Origin: a virus
Reading direction: 5' to 3' (one strand)
Virus record (IMG/VR): IMGVR_UViG_3300037483_001478
Location: 7,989-71,988 of that record
DNA: 64,000 bases
Shown here: one piece after another, positions 54,572 to 63,695 of the stretch
How the letters are laid out: every line of letters begins with the position of its first letter
How positions within the stretch are numbered: the stretch's first letter is position 1
Program-made: the position numbers and the translations under genes
The notes under the pieces: model-generated
Told to the model about the DNA's origin: nothing
The model's input: only the letters and a program-made list of their open reading frames with translations
Databases searched by the model: none

Positions 54572-55580
54572 GGTGTCCTCCTGCTCTTTCAGCAGTGCTT
54601 AGAACTACTTCGAGTTCTTCTTCTGATAGATCATCGGGCTGATAGCCTTCATCATGATGATCTAGGTATCGGCATCGATATACTGGAAACGTGCTATTAG
54701 CAAGGGTGCCACATATAGCTTCGGCACCTTTTATCCCTGCCTCGTTATTGTCCAGCAGCACAAAGGTCTCGGCGCCCCATTTGCGCACCAGCTTCTCCTG
54801 TTGTGGGCTGATTCGTGCTCCCATCAAAGCCACCACGTTGGTCCACCCTAGCTTGACCATCCATAAGGCAGCCTTGAACCCTTCTACTATGATGATCTGA
54901 CTGTTTATCGTGTTTCTGGCGTAGTCGTTTACGAAATGACCCCGCCATAGGTGATCCCTGACTCCTTCGTTAGAGTACTGAGGGAACCAGTCCCCCAACT
55001 CTCCAGGCACCTCCTTGCCGTTTAATACTCGTCGGCCGTTATAGATTAGGTACTTTGGGAAGTCCCCGAGCTCTGTGGCTCTTCCAGAGATTCCTACAAG
55101 TTGGCCGAACACGTCTCGGATAGGAAATGTGATTCGGCTGTTGCGCCGGTCGAACCCAATATCGTGTTCGGCCAAGAGCTCTTCAGGGTAGCCGGCATCT
55201 ATCAACTGCGTAGGTAGCCAATCGAACACACCTAGCAAAGAGTCTGGCAGGGTGTAGACCCCTTGGAAGCCTTTGCGGGCGGCGTTGCGCCGCTTGAGCG
55301 TTTCTACATTACGCCGGCGCTCAATATCGTCTGCGGCTGCCGCAATCTCGGCGTCGTAGCGAGAGCTACTTAGCCCCAGATTTTTGAGAAGAGCTTTGAG
55401 GCTGACGCCTCGAGAATCACAGGACCAGCACCCCCACGACCCTGTGTGTCGGTTTATCCAAAATGAGGGGTGGGTTTCTTGTCCGCTTTTGTGGAAGGGG
55501 CATATAGCAGAGACAAAATCATCCTTGCTACGAGCCCCCCTGAGGTGTTGCGAAGCTATCTGGTCAACAATGTATTCCAC
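54507..55580 (-). CDS. DNA primase (CHC2 Zn finger + Toprim)
   Basis: CPFH..PSF..CWSC; RITFPIRD..GISGR, PKY; IIVEG, LDNNEAG, QPDD. Confidence 0.9.
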   Translation of the reverse strand: MEYIVDQIASQHLRGARSKDDFVSAICPFHKSGQETHPSFWINRHTGSWGCWSCDSRGVSLKALLKNLGLSSSRYDAEIAAAADDIERRRNVETLKRRNAARKGFQGVYTLPDSLLGVFDWLPTQLIDAGYPEELLAEHDIGFDRRNSRITFPIRDVFGQLVGISGRATELGDFPKYLIYNGRRVLNGKEVPGELGDWFPQYSNEGVRDHLWRGHFVNDYARNTINSQIIIVEGFKAALWMVKLGWTNVVALMGARISPQQEKLVRKWGAETFVLLDNNEAGIKGAEAICGTLANSTFPVYRCRYLDHHDEGYQPDDLSEEELEVVLSTAERAGGHHVRFQLGCQRLRRQESLDEGR

Positions 55581-55588
55581 GGTGCCCT

Positions 55589-57166
55589 CTACTCAAATGA
55601 CACCTTGCCGGTGAATCCTCCTTCTGAACCGAAAGGTGTATTCTTCTTGGGTCGTGCAGGGCCTGTAGCCCCGCCGCCTGCCCAGTCCTTAAGGTCCTCC
55701 ACCGTACAAGACGGCTGGAGCAAACTGAAATCGTAGCCAGGGATCGCCTTGATGGTGAACGCCTCAAGCACACCTTCACGATTACCTCCAAGAGCAAGGG
55801 CTAGTTCTGTGCCGACGCGCTTGATACGCCCTCCTTTCTCTCGAGCTGCGTTGATGAGGGCTTGTGGGTTGTGCTCGTCGTCCAAGCGTCGACGAAGCAT
55901 TGGCATGCCCGTCTTGGCTAACTGTTGAAGCCGGTTGTCCTTCTCGAGCAGCTGCTCCAAGGCTTTTTCATAGTCCTCCTCGTACAGCTCTTTAGGAGCT
56001 TTCTTCTTGATGATACGGATGATGAGGTCCACTTCACGGCCGATGGCGTCAGCGTCAGCGACGTCTGACAGAGTGTTGCCATAGGTCTTGTCACCTTCTC
56101 TGTTAGCCTGATGCGCCGCTATGATGGGCAAGGCCAGGTCTTCCGCCAACTGCTTTACTTCTTCGGCTAGGGTGGCCAGTCGCTGCCAGCGTTGGTTTAG
56201 CTTAGATGTGGAGTCGGTCTGGAGGTGGTAGAAGCTGTCGAGGTAGATGACGTCGGGCTCAAATTCCTCTATAGCGATACGGAGCTCTCCTAAAGTCTTT
56301 GGGGCCTGACGCCCACAAAGGAGCCGCATAGACCTTGTGCCGCGTCGAGCATCATCTTTTACGTCATCGAAAGCCCGACGTTGCTTCAGCTCATCTAGGA
56401 TGGCAAAAGCCTCTTTGGCCTTCTTGGGAGGCAGTAGTCCTTTCTTGAACAGTTGGTAGTCTACTTTTGCCAAGATAGTAGCAAGGCGCAAAGCCATCTT
56501 GGGCTTAGACATTTCCCGGGACCACACGAGAACACGGCAGCCGTTGTTGAGGTAGTCCATTGCGGCGCAATACAGCAGCACCCAGGTTTTTAACGATTTC
56601 ATTCGAGCATAGAACACAATGAAATCGCCAGGTCGCTTCCCTAATGTGTCCTCTGTCAACGGCTCCCACGGCCATGGTATTCCATAGACGGCGCCCGATA
56701 AAGCCATTCGGTAGTGGTCTTTGGCTAGGTCTACAAGATCTTCAACTCCTACATGCTGCACTCCCGCTCCGTTGAGTCGAATGTCAAGGTCATGAAGAGC
56801 GCTCTTCATGACCTTAATGGCTTTTTCAGGATCCTCGTCAACGAGCTCATGGAAGTACAAGGCTAGCCCTCGCGCGTCCGCTTCGAGGGCTTTGGCTTTG
56901 AGTTCGGAAATGAGCGCGGATAGCTCGCCGTCGTCTTCGTCCGTTACGGCTGTGGGCACGAAAGACGGCCATTTTCTACGGATGCGCCCGGTAGTAGGTA
57001 GAGTCCTGGCAGTTGCAGGAGCGAACCAATGGCTTAGTAGGAAACGATAAATCTGCCGGGCTTCAGGGTTCTTGAAGTCGCGCTCGATAAGGCCAGCGCG
57101 TATAGCTGGGGTGAGATCACCCTCTCGCAAGAGCTTGGTTAGTACCCTATCCTCGACAGCTGCCAC
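55589..57166 (-). CDS. DnaB-like replicative helicase (SF4)
   Basis: GIPWPW, Walker A variant ARMKSLKT, SREM, IYLDS, AHQANR, DADAIGREVD. Confidence 0.85.
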   Translation of the reverse strand: MAAVEDRVLTKLLREGDLTPAIRAGLIERDFKNPEARQIYRFLLSHWFAPATARTLPTTGRIRRKWPSFVPTAVTDEDDGELSALISELKAKALEADARGLALYFHELVDEDPEKAIKVMKSALHDLDIRLNGAGVQHVGVEDLVDLAKDHYRMALSGAVYGIPWPWEPLTEDTLGKRPGDFIVFYARMKSLKTWVLLYCAAMDYLNNGCRVLVWSREMSKPKMALRLATILAKVDYQLFKKGLLPPKKAKEAFAILDELKQRRAFDDVKDDARRGTRSMRLLCGRQAPKTLGELRIAIEEFEPDVIYLDSFYHLQTDSTSKLNQRWQRLATLAEEVKQLAEDLALPIIAAHQANREGDKTYGNTLSDVADADAIGREVDLIIRIIKKKAPKELYEEDYEKALEQLLEKDNRLQQLAKTGMPMLRRRLDDEHNPQALINAAREKGGRIKRVGTELALALGGNREGVLEAFTIKAIPGYDFSLLQPSCTVEDLKDWAGGGATGPARPKKNTPFGSEGGFTGKVSFE

Positions 57167-57167
57167 G

Positions 57168-57503
57168 TTACCCCTCCCCGAGACCGCGTAGTGTGTCTTC
57201 CGACTCGGCTACAACAGACACGCGCGGACCAAAGGGTGGGCTTATTTCGTTGTCGAGAACCCTGCGGCCGAAGTCTTCTTCGGCCGCTTCTAGAAATGCT
57301 CTGAAGGCTTCAAGGGTCTTAGGGCTGAGCACGGAGCTACGGGCGGGGCACAAACCAAAGGTGGTTTGGTTTGCTTTGTTGGCATACATCATTTCCAGGG
57401 TGATACTTGGCTCTTCGTCTCTCCACGGATGGAACGTGAAGCTGCCCTTGACTGCGATAACTGAGTCAATCGCGGCCAGTTGCTGGCTGGTTTTTGTGTA
57501 CAT
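57168..57503 (-). CDS. hypothetical protein
   Basis: 111 aa, GAGGT SD. Confidence 0.65.
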   Translation of the reverse strand: MYTKTSQQLAAIDSVIAVKGSFTFHPWRDEEPSITLEMMYANKANQTTFGLCPARSSVLSPKTLEAFRAFLEAAEEDFGRRVLDNEISPPFGPRVSVVAESEDTLRGLGEG

Positions 57504-57505
57504 GC

Positions 57506-57952
57506 TTACCTCTTGTAGAGCGGGCGGTTGAGTTTTGCAGGAGCCGCGACTTTCCCTGGGCCATGTTCAGACTTGAGGCCCAAGCCCTTACCTGCTGGAA
57601 GCATGCTATCGCGCCGTTCGGACATCTCTTTGTGGTCTTGCTCGACAAGGCGCTTGACTACGGGTTGGATCAGGTCATGCACTGCTTCGCAGGCGCTGAG
57701 ACTGCTGTCGCAGGTAACACTGATACTGACGAATGATTGGGCTTTGAACCCAAACTCGACGCTAGAGGCGAGCTCACCGCCCACCGTAACGCGCCCTTTG
57801 CCGTTACCGCTGAAGTCTTCTAGTTCTGTCATGAGGTCCTCCGGAATTGGGTCGTGACGTTGCTCTACGGTGCCGGTCTGTCCGTCGGCTATTTCCCGCA
57901 TACGCAGGATGCCGTCGGTCAGACCTACCCCGAGGTAGTAGGTCTCGGTCAT
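57506..57952 (-). CDS. hypothetical protein
   Basis: 148 aa, AGGAG SD. Confidence 0.68.
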   Translation of the reverse strand: MTETYYLGVGLTDGILRMREIADGQTGTVEQRHDPIPEDLMTELEDFSGNGKGRVTVGGELASSVEFGFKAQSFVSISVTCDSSLSACEAVHDLIQPVVKRLVEQDHKEMSERRDSMLPAGKGLGLKSEHGPGKVAAPAKLNRPLYKR

Positions 57953-57961
57953 CCACCACTC

Positions 57962-58480
57962 CTACAGCTTGGGAACTGTGATCGCGGGGGTCATTTCTGC
58001 GCGTTCGATCCAGGCTTTGCTGATGACTTCAGCGTAGCCTGGGTGGCTGGCCAGCCACCCAATGGCGTCTTTGCTGAGCACGAGGGCTTCGATGAAGTCC
58101 TCTACGAGGAGAGCTTGCAGTAGCTCTGCGCCCTCTTCGCCCTCTTGCAGCAGTGCTGGGATAGCCTTGCCGTCATAGTGCGCAGCAGCATGCTTGATTT
58201 GACACTTGAACGGCCCGATGGTGCGTTTGGCTTGGGCGACCTTCGCCTTTGCCGTAGAGATGGCACTGTACACCCGGTCCACTTGCTCTTGGATTTCGGT
58301 CTGCTCCCGAGCGGCTTCCGGGAACCGCTTCTCCCAGTCGCTCTTCATTTCGTGCAGTCGGTCGACCTCTTCTTGGTAGAATTGTACGGCTTCCTCTGCT
58401 TCTTGGGCGGCACGTTCTACTTTATTGGCTCGCCCAGCTTTGGGCGTCTTGAGTAGTTTGGTGGGCACATTCAACGGCAT
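57962..58480 (-). CDS. coiled-coil hypothetical protein
   Basis: 172 aa, GGGAGG SD. Confidence 0.68.
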   Translation of the reverse strand: MPLNVPTKLLKTPKAGRANKVERAAQEAEEAVQFYQEEVDRLHEMKSDWEKRFPEAAREQTEIQEQVDRVYSAISTAKAKVAQAKRTIGPFKCQIKHAAAHYDGKAIPALLQEGEEGAELLQALLVEDFIEALVLSKDAIGWLASHPGYAEVISKAWIERAEMTPAITVPKL

Positions 58481-59232
58481 TCTCGGCCTCCCTCAAGGAT
58501 CTGTTGGTAGAGCGTTCGAGCTCGGCGGACCCGTTCCACCAGCTCTTTGGCTCTAGCAAGGTGTTTTACGGTACGGTGGGCTAGACCTCCGATCTCAAAG
58601 GTCGTCCCATTCCAGTTGTCGGTGCGCAGAATATAGGAAGGGTGCAGGATTGGGATCACGTCGTACTCCAAATGCTGCACAATCTTCTCTTCGTTTGTGA
58701 TGGGGAAGATCTTCCCAGGTATTTCTGCGCTATTGGCCTCCTTTGGGTTCTTCATATCTAGAGACGGGGAGCTGAACAGGCGCCCCTGTTCGTTTTCTAT
58801 AGACCACGATCCTCGCACAAGCGCGTTGAGCGCTTGTTTGCCTACGGCGATGATTACTAGGGGGTCTACGAGGTAGATGATGTCGTGTAGCCGACTCGCG
58901 CACGCCTTCTTCTCTGTCGGGGCTGGATCCCGGTTGTTGGGTGGGCGGCACCCAATCAGGTTGGTGACAAACACGTCGGAAGGATCGATGCCCGAAGTCA
59001 CGAAAAGGGCCCGCAGCAGGCTCCCCGAATCTCCACAGAAAGGCACTCCTTCTTTGTCTTCCTCTGCCCCAGGAGCCTCTCCAACTACCATGTAATCTGC
59101 GCCAGGGTTGCCCACCCCAAACACGACGTTCTGGCGCGTCTCGTGCAAAGGACACGCGTCGCAGGCGGCCCACTTCTGACTGAGCTTGCCTAGCTCCTCG
59201 TGCTTCCATTTTGCAGTCCAAGGATCAGCCAT
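58471..59232 (-). CDS. uracil-DNA glycosylase family 4
   Basis: CDACPL, VVFG.G, GEAPG.EED, PFCG, CRPPNNR, ILHPSY. Confidence 0.92.
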   Translation of the reverse strand: MADPWTAKWKHEELGKLSQKWAACDACPLHETRQNVVFGVGNPGADYMVVGEAPGAEEDKEGVPFCGDSGSLLRALFVTSGIDPSDVFVTNLIGCRPPNNRDPAPTEKKACASRLHDIIYLVDPLVIIAVGKQALNALVRGSWSIENEQGRLFSSPSLDMKNPKEANSAEIPGKIFPITNEEKIVQHLEYDVIPILHPSYILRTDNWNGTTFEIGGLAHRTVKHLARAKELVERVRRARTLYQQILEGGRECR

Positions 59233-59647
59233 GATGAGTCCCAGGCCCTCCGGGGCGTACGAGCGAAAGGCCAGCTTCGCGCGCCCGATTCTCCATGGCG
59301 CTGTCCTCGACTTGCTGCAGAAGGGCGATGAATTTGTCCCGGGTGGCCTTACCCCCGTCCCCCGGGTAGTAGTAGCTGAGCGGCCTGACGCTTAAGGTGG
59401 TGGGCTCCATGTTGAGGTCGAGAGGCAGCAGTATGCCTCCAACTTGCAGCCCTACGGCCCTACCTTGCGCGTCACTCATCTGATGTCGCTGGACGTGCAA
59501 TGCTCGCACGTTACGCATGTGGATAGGCATGTGCGCTTCGTGCGCTGCGAGAAGTTCGTTGCGGCTCAGAACGACGTTCCCAAGCCATCTTTCGCCGTTG
59601 GGAAGAATGGCAACAATGGTCTTATCCCAGTTGATGTCTGTAGTCAT
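59225..59647 (-). CDS. hypothetical protein
   Basis: start MTTDINW at 59647 with AAGGAG SD and ATGA coupling. Confidence 0.65.
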   Translation of the reverse strand: MTTDINWDKTIVAILPNGERWLGNVVLSRNELLAAHEAHMPIHMRNVRALHVQRHQMSDAQGRAVGLQVGGILLPLDLNMEPTTLSVRPLSYYYPGDGGKATRDKFIALLQQVEDSAMENRAREAGLSLVRPGGPGTHHG

Positions 59648-61035
59648 GGAATCTCCTTTACCGATTTGATGGGGTAGTCGAGTGCACGAAGGTGCCGCTG
59701 CAGCGCAAGGCACGACTTGCGGCAACGCTTTACGTCGGAATCCTCAAACACGCGGACGATGGGCGCCTTCTTGCCCCCATGAAGGCGCTGGATGCGCCCC
59801 CAGGATTGCTGGAGGTCGTTGGCGTTACTGAAAGGCGTAGTGATGTACAATGTGTCTAAGTTGGGGCGGTTGAGTCCTTCTCGAGCCAGCTGGAATGTAC
59901 CGTAGACAGGATTTCCTTCTGCGAGCAGAGCCATTCTCTGGGCTTGCGCCGTGGCTCCTGTGATGGCTTTCCCGGTGGCGGGACCGCCTGCTAAGAGGGT
60001 CTCAACGTGCGCTACTGAGTGACTGAGCACGAGGATATTCCGCCCCTCTTTAAGGTCTTTGAGGAGCCATCGATAAATGATCTGATTCCGATGGTCAAGG
60101 CTGCCGAGGTATCCCCGCAGCTTTGGAAGGTTAACTGCCCCGGACACGTCTTGTATAAGGTGCATATCCCCGATTGGTAGCGCCCATTTTAGCTTGTGAA
60201 AAAACGTAGTAGGAATGAGCGCTTGCGAAAGATTGGAGTGGATCACCTTACCGAGGTGATACTGATAGATCGCTTCTAGTCCATCCGTGCGTTGCGCGGT
60301 GGCCGTCAAAGAGTACCTGCGCCCAAGAAATAGATCGGCACTGCGGGCAAAAACAGGTGCGCTCATATGATGGCCCTCGTCGTAGAAGACCAGGCCAAAA
60401 TGCTGGCGGAAGTCCGGACCCCACTTCTCTCGATGCTGAGACAATGTGTGCACTGTGCTGAGTACGATAGGGTGTTGCCAATCCAAGCGGGTACCTTGTA
60501 CCCAACCCACAGAGGGGACTGTGAGATGACGCTGTATTTCTTCTGCCCACTGCTCGATGAGCGCAGTGGTGTTGACCACGATCATTGTGGGAACTTTCAA
60601 AGTACCGGCTAGTTTGAGCGCTAGGACCGATTTTCCATGCCCACACGCGACGTTCAAGGTGCCGCTAGGGTGCTTCTGTAGGGCGTCGAAAGAATCTTGC
60701 TGAGCTTGGTCTCGGAGCTCGATGTGCTCACGAATATCCGCGGCAGGGAACGAATAGGAGGGCTTCACAAACTCGAAGTCGAAGTGCTGCTCTTGCCCTG
60801 GAGGAACAAACTCTCGAGGAACGATTAGGTGGTTACTGGTCTCTTGCCAAAGTTCCAGCATCTTTTGCTTAGAGCCAATCACGGCCCCTGTGTCATCGTC
60901 GTAGGTATCTTCCTCCCCATAGCTAAAGGAAAGCGCGCTTTTGACTAAGTGCTCGTTTATGCCCGTCTTTGGTAGGTATAAATTAGCCCATCTATACGCT
61001 TTATTAGGACTAAGGCTGTGATAGCTCAGCTTCAT
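59644..61035 (-). CDS. superfamily 2 DExH helicase (UvsW/XPB-like)
   Basis: LRDQAQ, ACGHGKS, YDEGHH, LTAT..RTDG, AREGLN, QSWGRIQR. Confidence 0.9.
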   Translation of the reverse strand: MKLSYHSLSPNKAYRWANLYLPKTGINEHLVKSALSFSYGEEDTYDDDTGAVIGSKQKMLELWQETSNHLIVPREFVPPGQEQHFDFEFVKPSYSFPAADIREHIELRDQAQQDSFDALQKHPSGTLNVACGHGKSVLALKLAGTLKVPTMIVVNTTALIEQWAEEIQRHLTVPSVGWVQGTRLDWQHPIVLSTVHTLSQHREKWGPDFRQHFGLVFYDEGHHMSAPVFARSADLFLGRRYSLTATAQRTDGLEAIYQYHLGKVIHSNLSQALIPTTFFHKLKWALPIGDMHLIQDVSGAVNLPKLRGYLGSLDHRNQIIYRWLLKDLKEGRNILVLSHSVAHVETLLAGGPATGKAITGATAQAQRMALLAEGNPVYGTFQLAREGLNRPNLDTLYITTPFSNANDLQQSWGRIQRLHGGKKAPIVRVFEDSDVKRCRKSCLALQRHLRALDYPIKSVKEIP

Positions 61036-61090
61036 GGTTCCTCCAAGACCCTTGACTTAGCACAGCGGTAGGACAATAGCAGTAATAGAT

Positions 61091-61116
61091 GGGCACCCCT
61101 TAGCTAAGGGGTGCCC
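61091..61116. terminator. perfect 26 bp palindrome (terminator/attenuator or protein-binding site)
   Basis: GGGCACCCCTTAGCTAAGGGGTGCCC equals its own reverse complement; intergenic. Confidence 0.6.
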
Positions 61117-61135
61117 CCGGAACCCTATCTTGTAG

Positions 61136-61579
61136 CTAACGCGGACGGCGCCCTCGGATAAATTGACCCCCCAACTCGAAAAAACCTTCGAGGGCCCCCC
61201 AACCGCTTACGACAAGAAATTTCTTCACCCCGCTCATTTCTGGTGGCAGGGTGATGGGGTTGTCGTAGGCACCGTCTGAGGATAATAGTGGTCGGGCTAT
61301 CTTGGTGCTAGACTGCGGGGCGGTGACCTTGTTTATGTGACTGGAAGGCCTGGCTGATGTGCGTACAGGAACCCGCGTGCTCCCTGAAAAACCATGAGTT
61401 ACCCGAGCACACGCGGTTTCGTGTATGCAGTCAGCACAATCTGGGTCACCGTATGCGTGCTTCTTCCCAAAGCAGCAGATACCGCCTTGGGAGTGGTGCG
61501 CGGGGCACGCACTGCAGTCGCGCTCGCGCTCGCCATTTAGGCATTCTCTTGCAATCTCCTTCTGGTCTTCTGGATGCAC
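61136..61579 (-). CDS. Cys-rich small protein
   Basis: AGGAGG SD; CSAC, ICCFG, DCADC....C. Confidence 0.65.
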   Translation of the reverse strand: MHPEDQKEIARECLNGERERDCSACPAHHSQGGICCFGKKHAYGDPDCADCIHETACARVTHGFSGSTRVPVRTSARPSSHINKVTAPQSSTKIARPLLSSDGAYDNPITLPPEMSGVKKFLVVSGWGALEGFFELGGQFIRGRRPR

Positions 61580-61644
61580 CGCATCCTCCTATAATAATGG
61601 TGGGGATCCATAGGCCTTATACCCGCTTATCGCCTGAATTTTTC

Positions 61645-61677
61645 TTGACCCTAGAGCGAGCACGTCGCTACGGTTTG
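61645..61677 (+). promoter_or_regulatory. candidate sigma70-type promoter TTGACC-N18-TACGGT
   Basis: divergent intergenic region; followed by AGGAGA SD and ATG 61693. Confidence 0.45.
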
Positions 61678-61692
61678 GTGTAGGAGAAGCAA

Positions 61693-62826
61693 ATGCACAG
61701 TAAATTCGCCGGTGTGACCTTTGACTGGTACGATGACGCAGGCGCGACCTTGAAACAGAAGTTTCCAGAGGCCGAGCAGCTTCCTGATTCCATCAAGACC
61801 GCGCGAGTCCTTGACCGCACCACTTTGGACGACGATGCTTTTGCCGTTTTGATGACAGAACGAGGGCACCTGCACCGGAAGTATGCGTGCTATGACCCAG
61901 GCACCACTGCAATGTCTGTGGTGTATTTCATGGAACACGGCCACAAGCTCCCGGAAGAGGCGCGCAAGGTGGCGGCAGCAAACCTCACAAGGGCCTGTCT
62001 GGAGTTTTCTTTGCAGCCTCCCGAGTTGCTGGAGAAAGTGGCAGCTGGGGCAAAGGGTCACCTGGTTGATGTTACTGGCGCGACCCCTTCGACCATTTTT
62101 GAGCGCCAGATGCCGAAGACAGCGGCGGAGTACGCCGTGACTTTGCCCGACGGTCGGAACCTCTACCCCATCGACTCATGGGACCGCGTAAAGCAGGCGG
62201 AGAGCTACTTCTTGGACCATGCCAAGGAGATGGACCCAGCTATCCGGCGCCAGTTTGCCACGAAGCTAGCTGCTCGAGCAGAGGTCTTGGGCTGCCCTAT
62301 TGATGACAACATCCGGTGGGTGGGGGCAAAAACATATGCTCCTACTGGCGTGATGAAGGTGGCTGTAGAGATGAGAAAGGCGGCAATGCCTGAAGCTCGT
62401 AAGGAGTTGGACGAAATCTTCGAGAAGCGGGCAACCCTTTCACCTGAGCGCTATGCGGTGCAGCTGCTCGATTTCGACACGAGGAATTACCTCGACCGCT
62501 TATGGGGTACCCGCATGTACGACCCCTGGCAGTCGACCTTTGGCCTGAGCAAGACAGCGGAAGTCCTCTGGGAGCAAGGAGCGGAGCGCGTCACCGAAGA
62601 GGAGCTCATGAACCTAGCGCGCAATCACGCGAAGGTTCTGTCGCAGACGTTCACGCCAGGCTTCACCGAGGCATTCCAGAAGGACCCGGTGGGCATTTTC
62701 AACTCCATGCCCACCCCTCAGAAAGTGATCCTGGCCCGTATGGCCAATGCCTCTTCGTTCAAAGGTGAGTCTGAGTTTTCTACCAGTGCCAGTACTTTGA
62801 GCGGGATGGCCGGGGTTGAGGCGTGA
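61693..62826 (+). CDS. probable head/scaffold-associated protein, K-x-A-rich, with internal duplication
   Basis: 12 of 23 Lys are in K-x-A; repeats FAV..RKYACYD...VYF and YAV..NLYPIDS...SYF. Confidence 0.7.
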   Translation: MHSKFAGVTFDWYDDAGATLKQKFPEAEQLPDSIKTARVLDRTTLDDDAFAVLMTERGHLHRKYACYDPGTTAMSVVYFMEHGHKLPEEARKVAAANLTRACLEFSLQPPELLEKVAAGAKGHLVDVTGATPSTIFERQMPKTAAEYAVTLPDGRNLYPIDSWDRVKQAESYFLDHAKEMDPAIRRQFATKLAARAEVLGCPIDDNIRWVGAKTYAPTGVMKVAVEMRKAAMPEARKELDEIFEKRATLSPERYAVQLLDFDTRNYLDRLWGTRMYDPWQSTFGLSKTAEVLWEQGAERVTEEELMNLARNHAKVLSQTFTPGFTEAFQKDPVGIFNSMPTPQKVILARMANASSFKGESEFSTSASTLSGMAGVEA

Positions 62827-63695
62827 GCTCAACTCCCCCCAAATGGGGCTTGGACCCCGCCACGGCCCCAGCAAGGGTGAAGGCTTCTTCCGAGCCTATC
62901 ATTCGGTTCTTCAGCTACCACGACGCCCATCCTGTGGCCTTGGTGCTGGTGTTGCTGGAAAAGTTTGGCGTCGAATGGTTTGAGTGGGAACCTGAAACGC
63001 TCAAGGATGAGATCCTTCACGAGTTCAAGACCAACTCTATCGGCTCGCATAACTGGGAAAAGATACAAGCGGCCAGAACTCTCACGTCTTCCGTCGGCTT
63101 CTGGAAAGAGTGGCACGTATTTGAGAAAGTCATTCAGGCTCTGAATAACAACATCCCTCGGTTTGACGTGTGCCAAGAATGTTCTGTTGCGCAGTTGATG
63201 GCGGGTGTTGACATCGCGACAACGATTCGAGAGGAGCCTTTTTCGGATGAGATAGCGAGGTATGTGGCAGCGTGTACTATCGACGAGGGCGTTACTTACT
63301 TGCCTCCTCCTTTGGACTTTGCTCAGGAGCTCGTCTCGAGGCCCATGTATCGTTGCCTGGTCTGCGGCAAGGTCGATCTCGATGACCTAGACGGTCGTTG
63401 TGATTTTTGTAGCGGCCGATTTCATGATGGCAAGCCCCTCAATATGAAAGCTTCTCCGCACGTACCCAACGAGGCGGGTACCTACGTAGAAAAGTTCCTG
63501 CAAAACGACCCAGGGGCAGTCCGCAGTCGATTTGAAGAGCTTACCAAAGCTGGGTGGGGCGGCGTGCGTTTGGATGATACGGTAGCCAAAGATGTGCAAG
63601 CTGGGAAGCTCATGGTGGCTACGGACTACATGAACCTGCGCCGCGGCCAGCTGGTAGAGCAGTTGGAAGAACTGAAAGGGTGGGTCAGTCAATGA
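62823..63695 (+). CDS. hypothetical protein with Zn ribbon (probable head module)
   Basis: GTGA coupling; WFEWEPETL, CLVC...CDFC. Confidence 0.72.
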   Translation: MSSTPPKWGLDPATAPARVKASSEPIIRFFSYHDAHPVALVLVLLEKFGVEWFEWEPETLKDEILHEFKTNSIGSHNWEKIQAARTLTSSVGFWKEWHVFEKVIQALNNNIPRFDVCQECSVAQLMAGVDIATTIREEPFSDEIARYVAACTIDEGVTYLPPPLDFAQELVSRPMYRCLVCGKVDLDDLDGRCDFCSGRFHDGKPLNMKASPHVPNEAGTYVEKFLQNDPGAVRSRFEELTKAGWGGVRLDDTVAKDVQAGKLMVATDYMNLRRGQLVEQLEELKGWVSQ

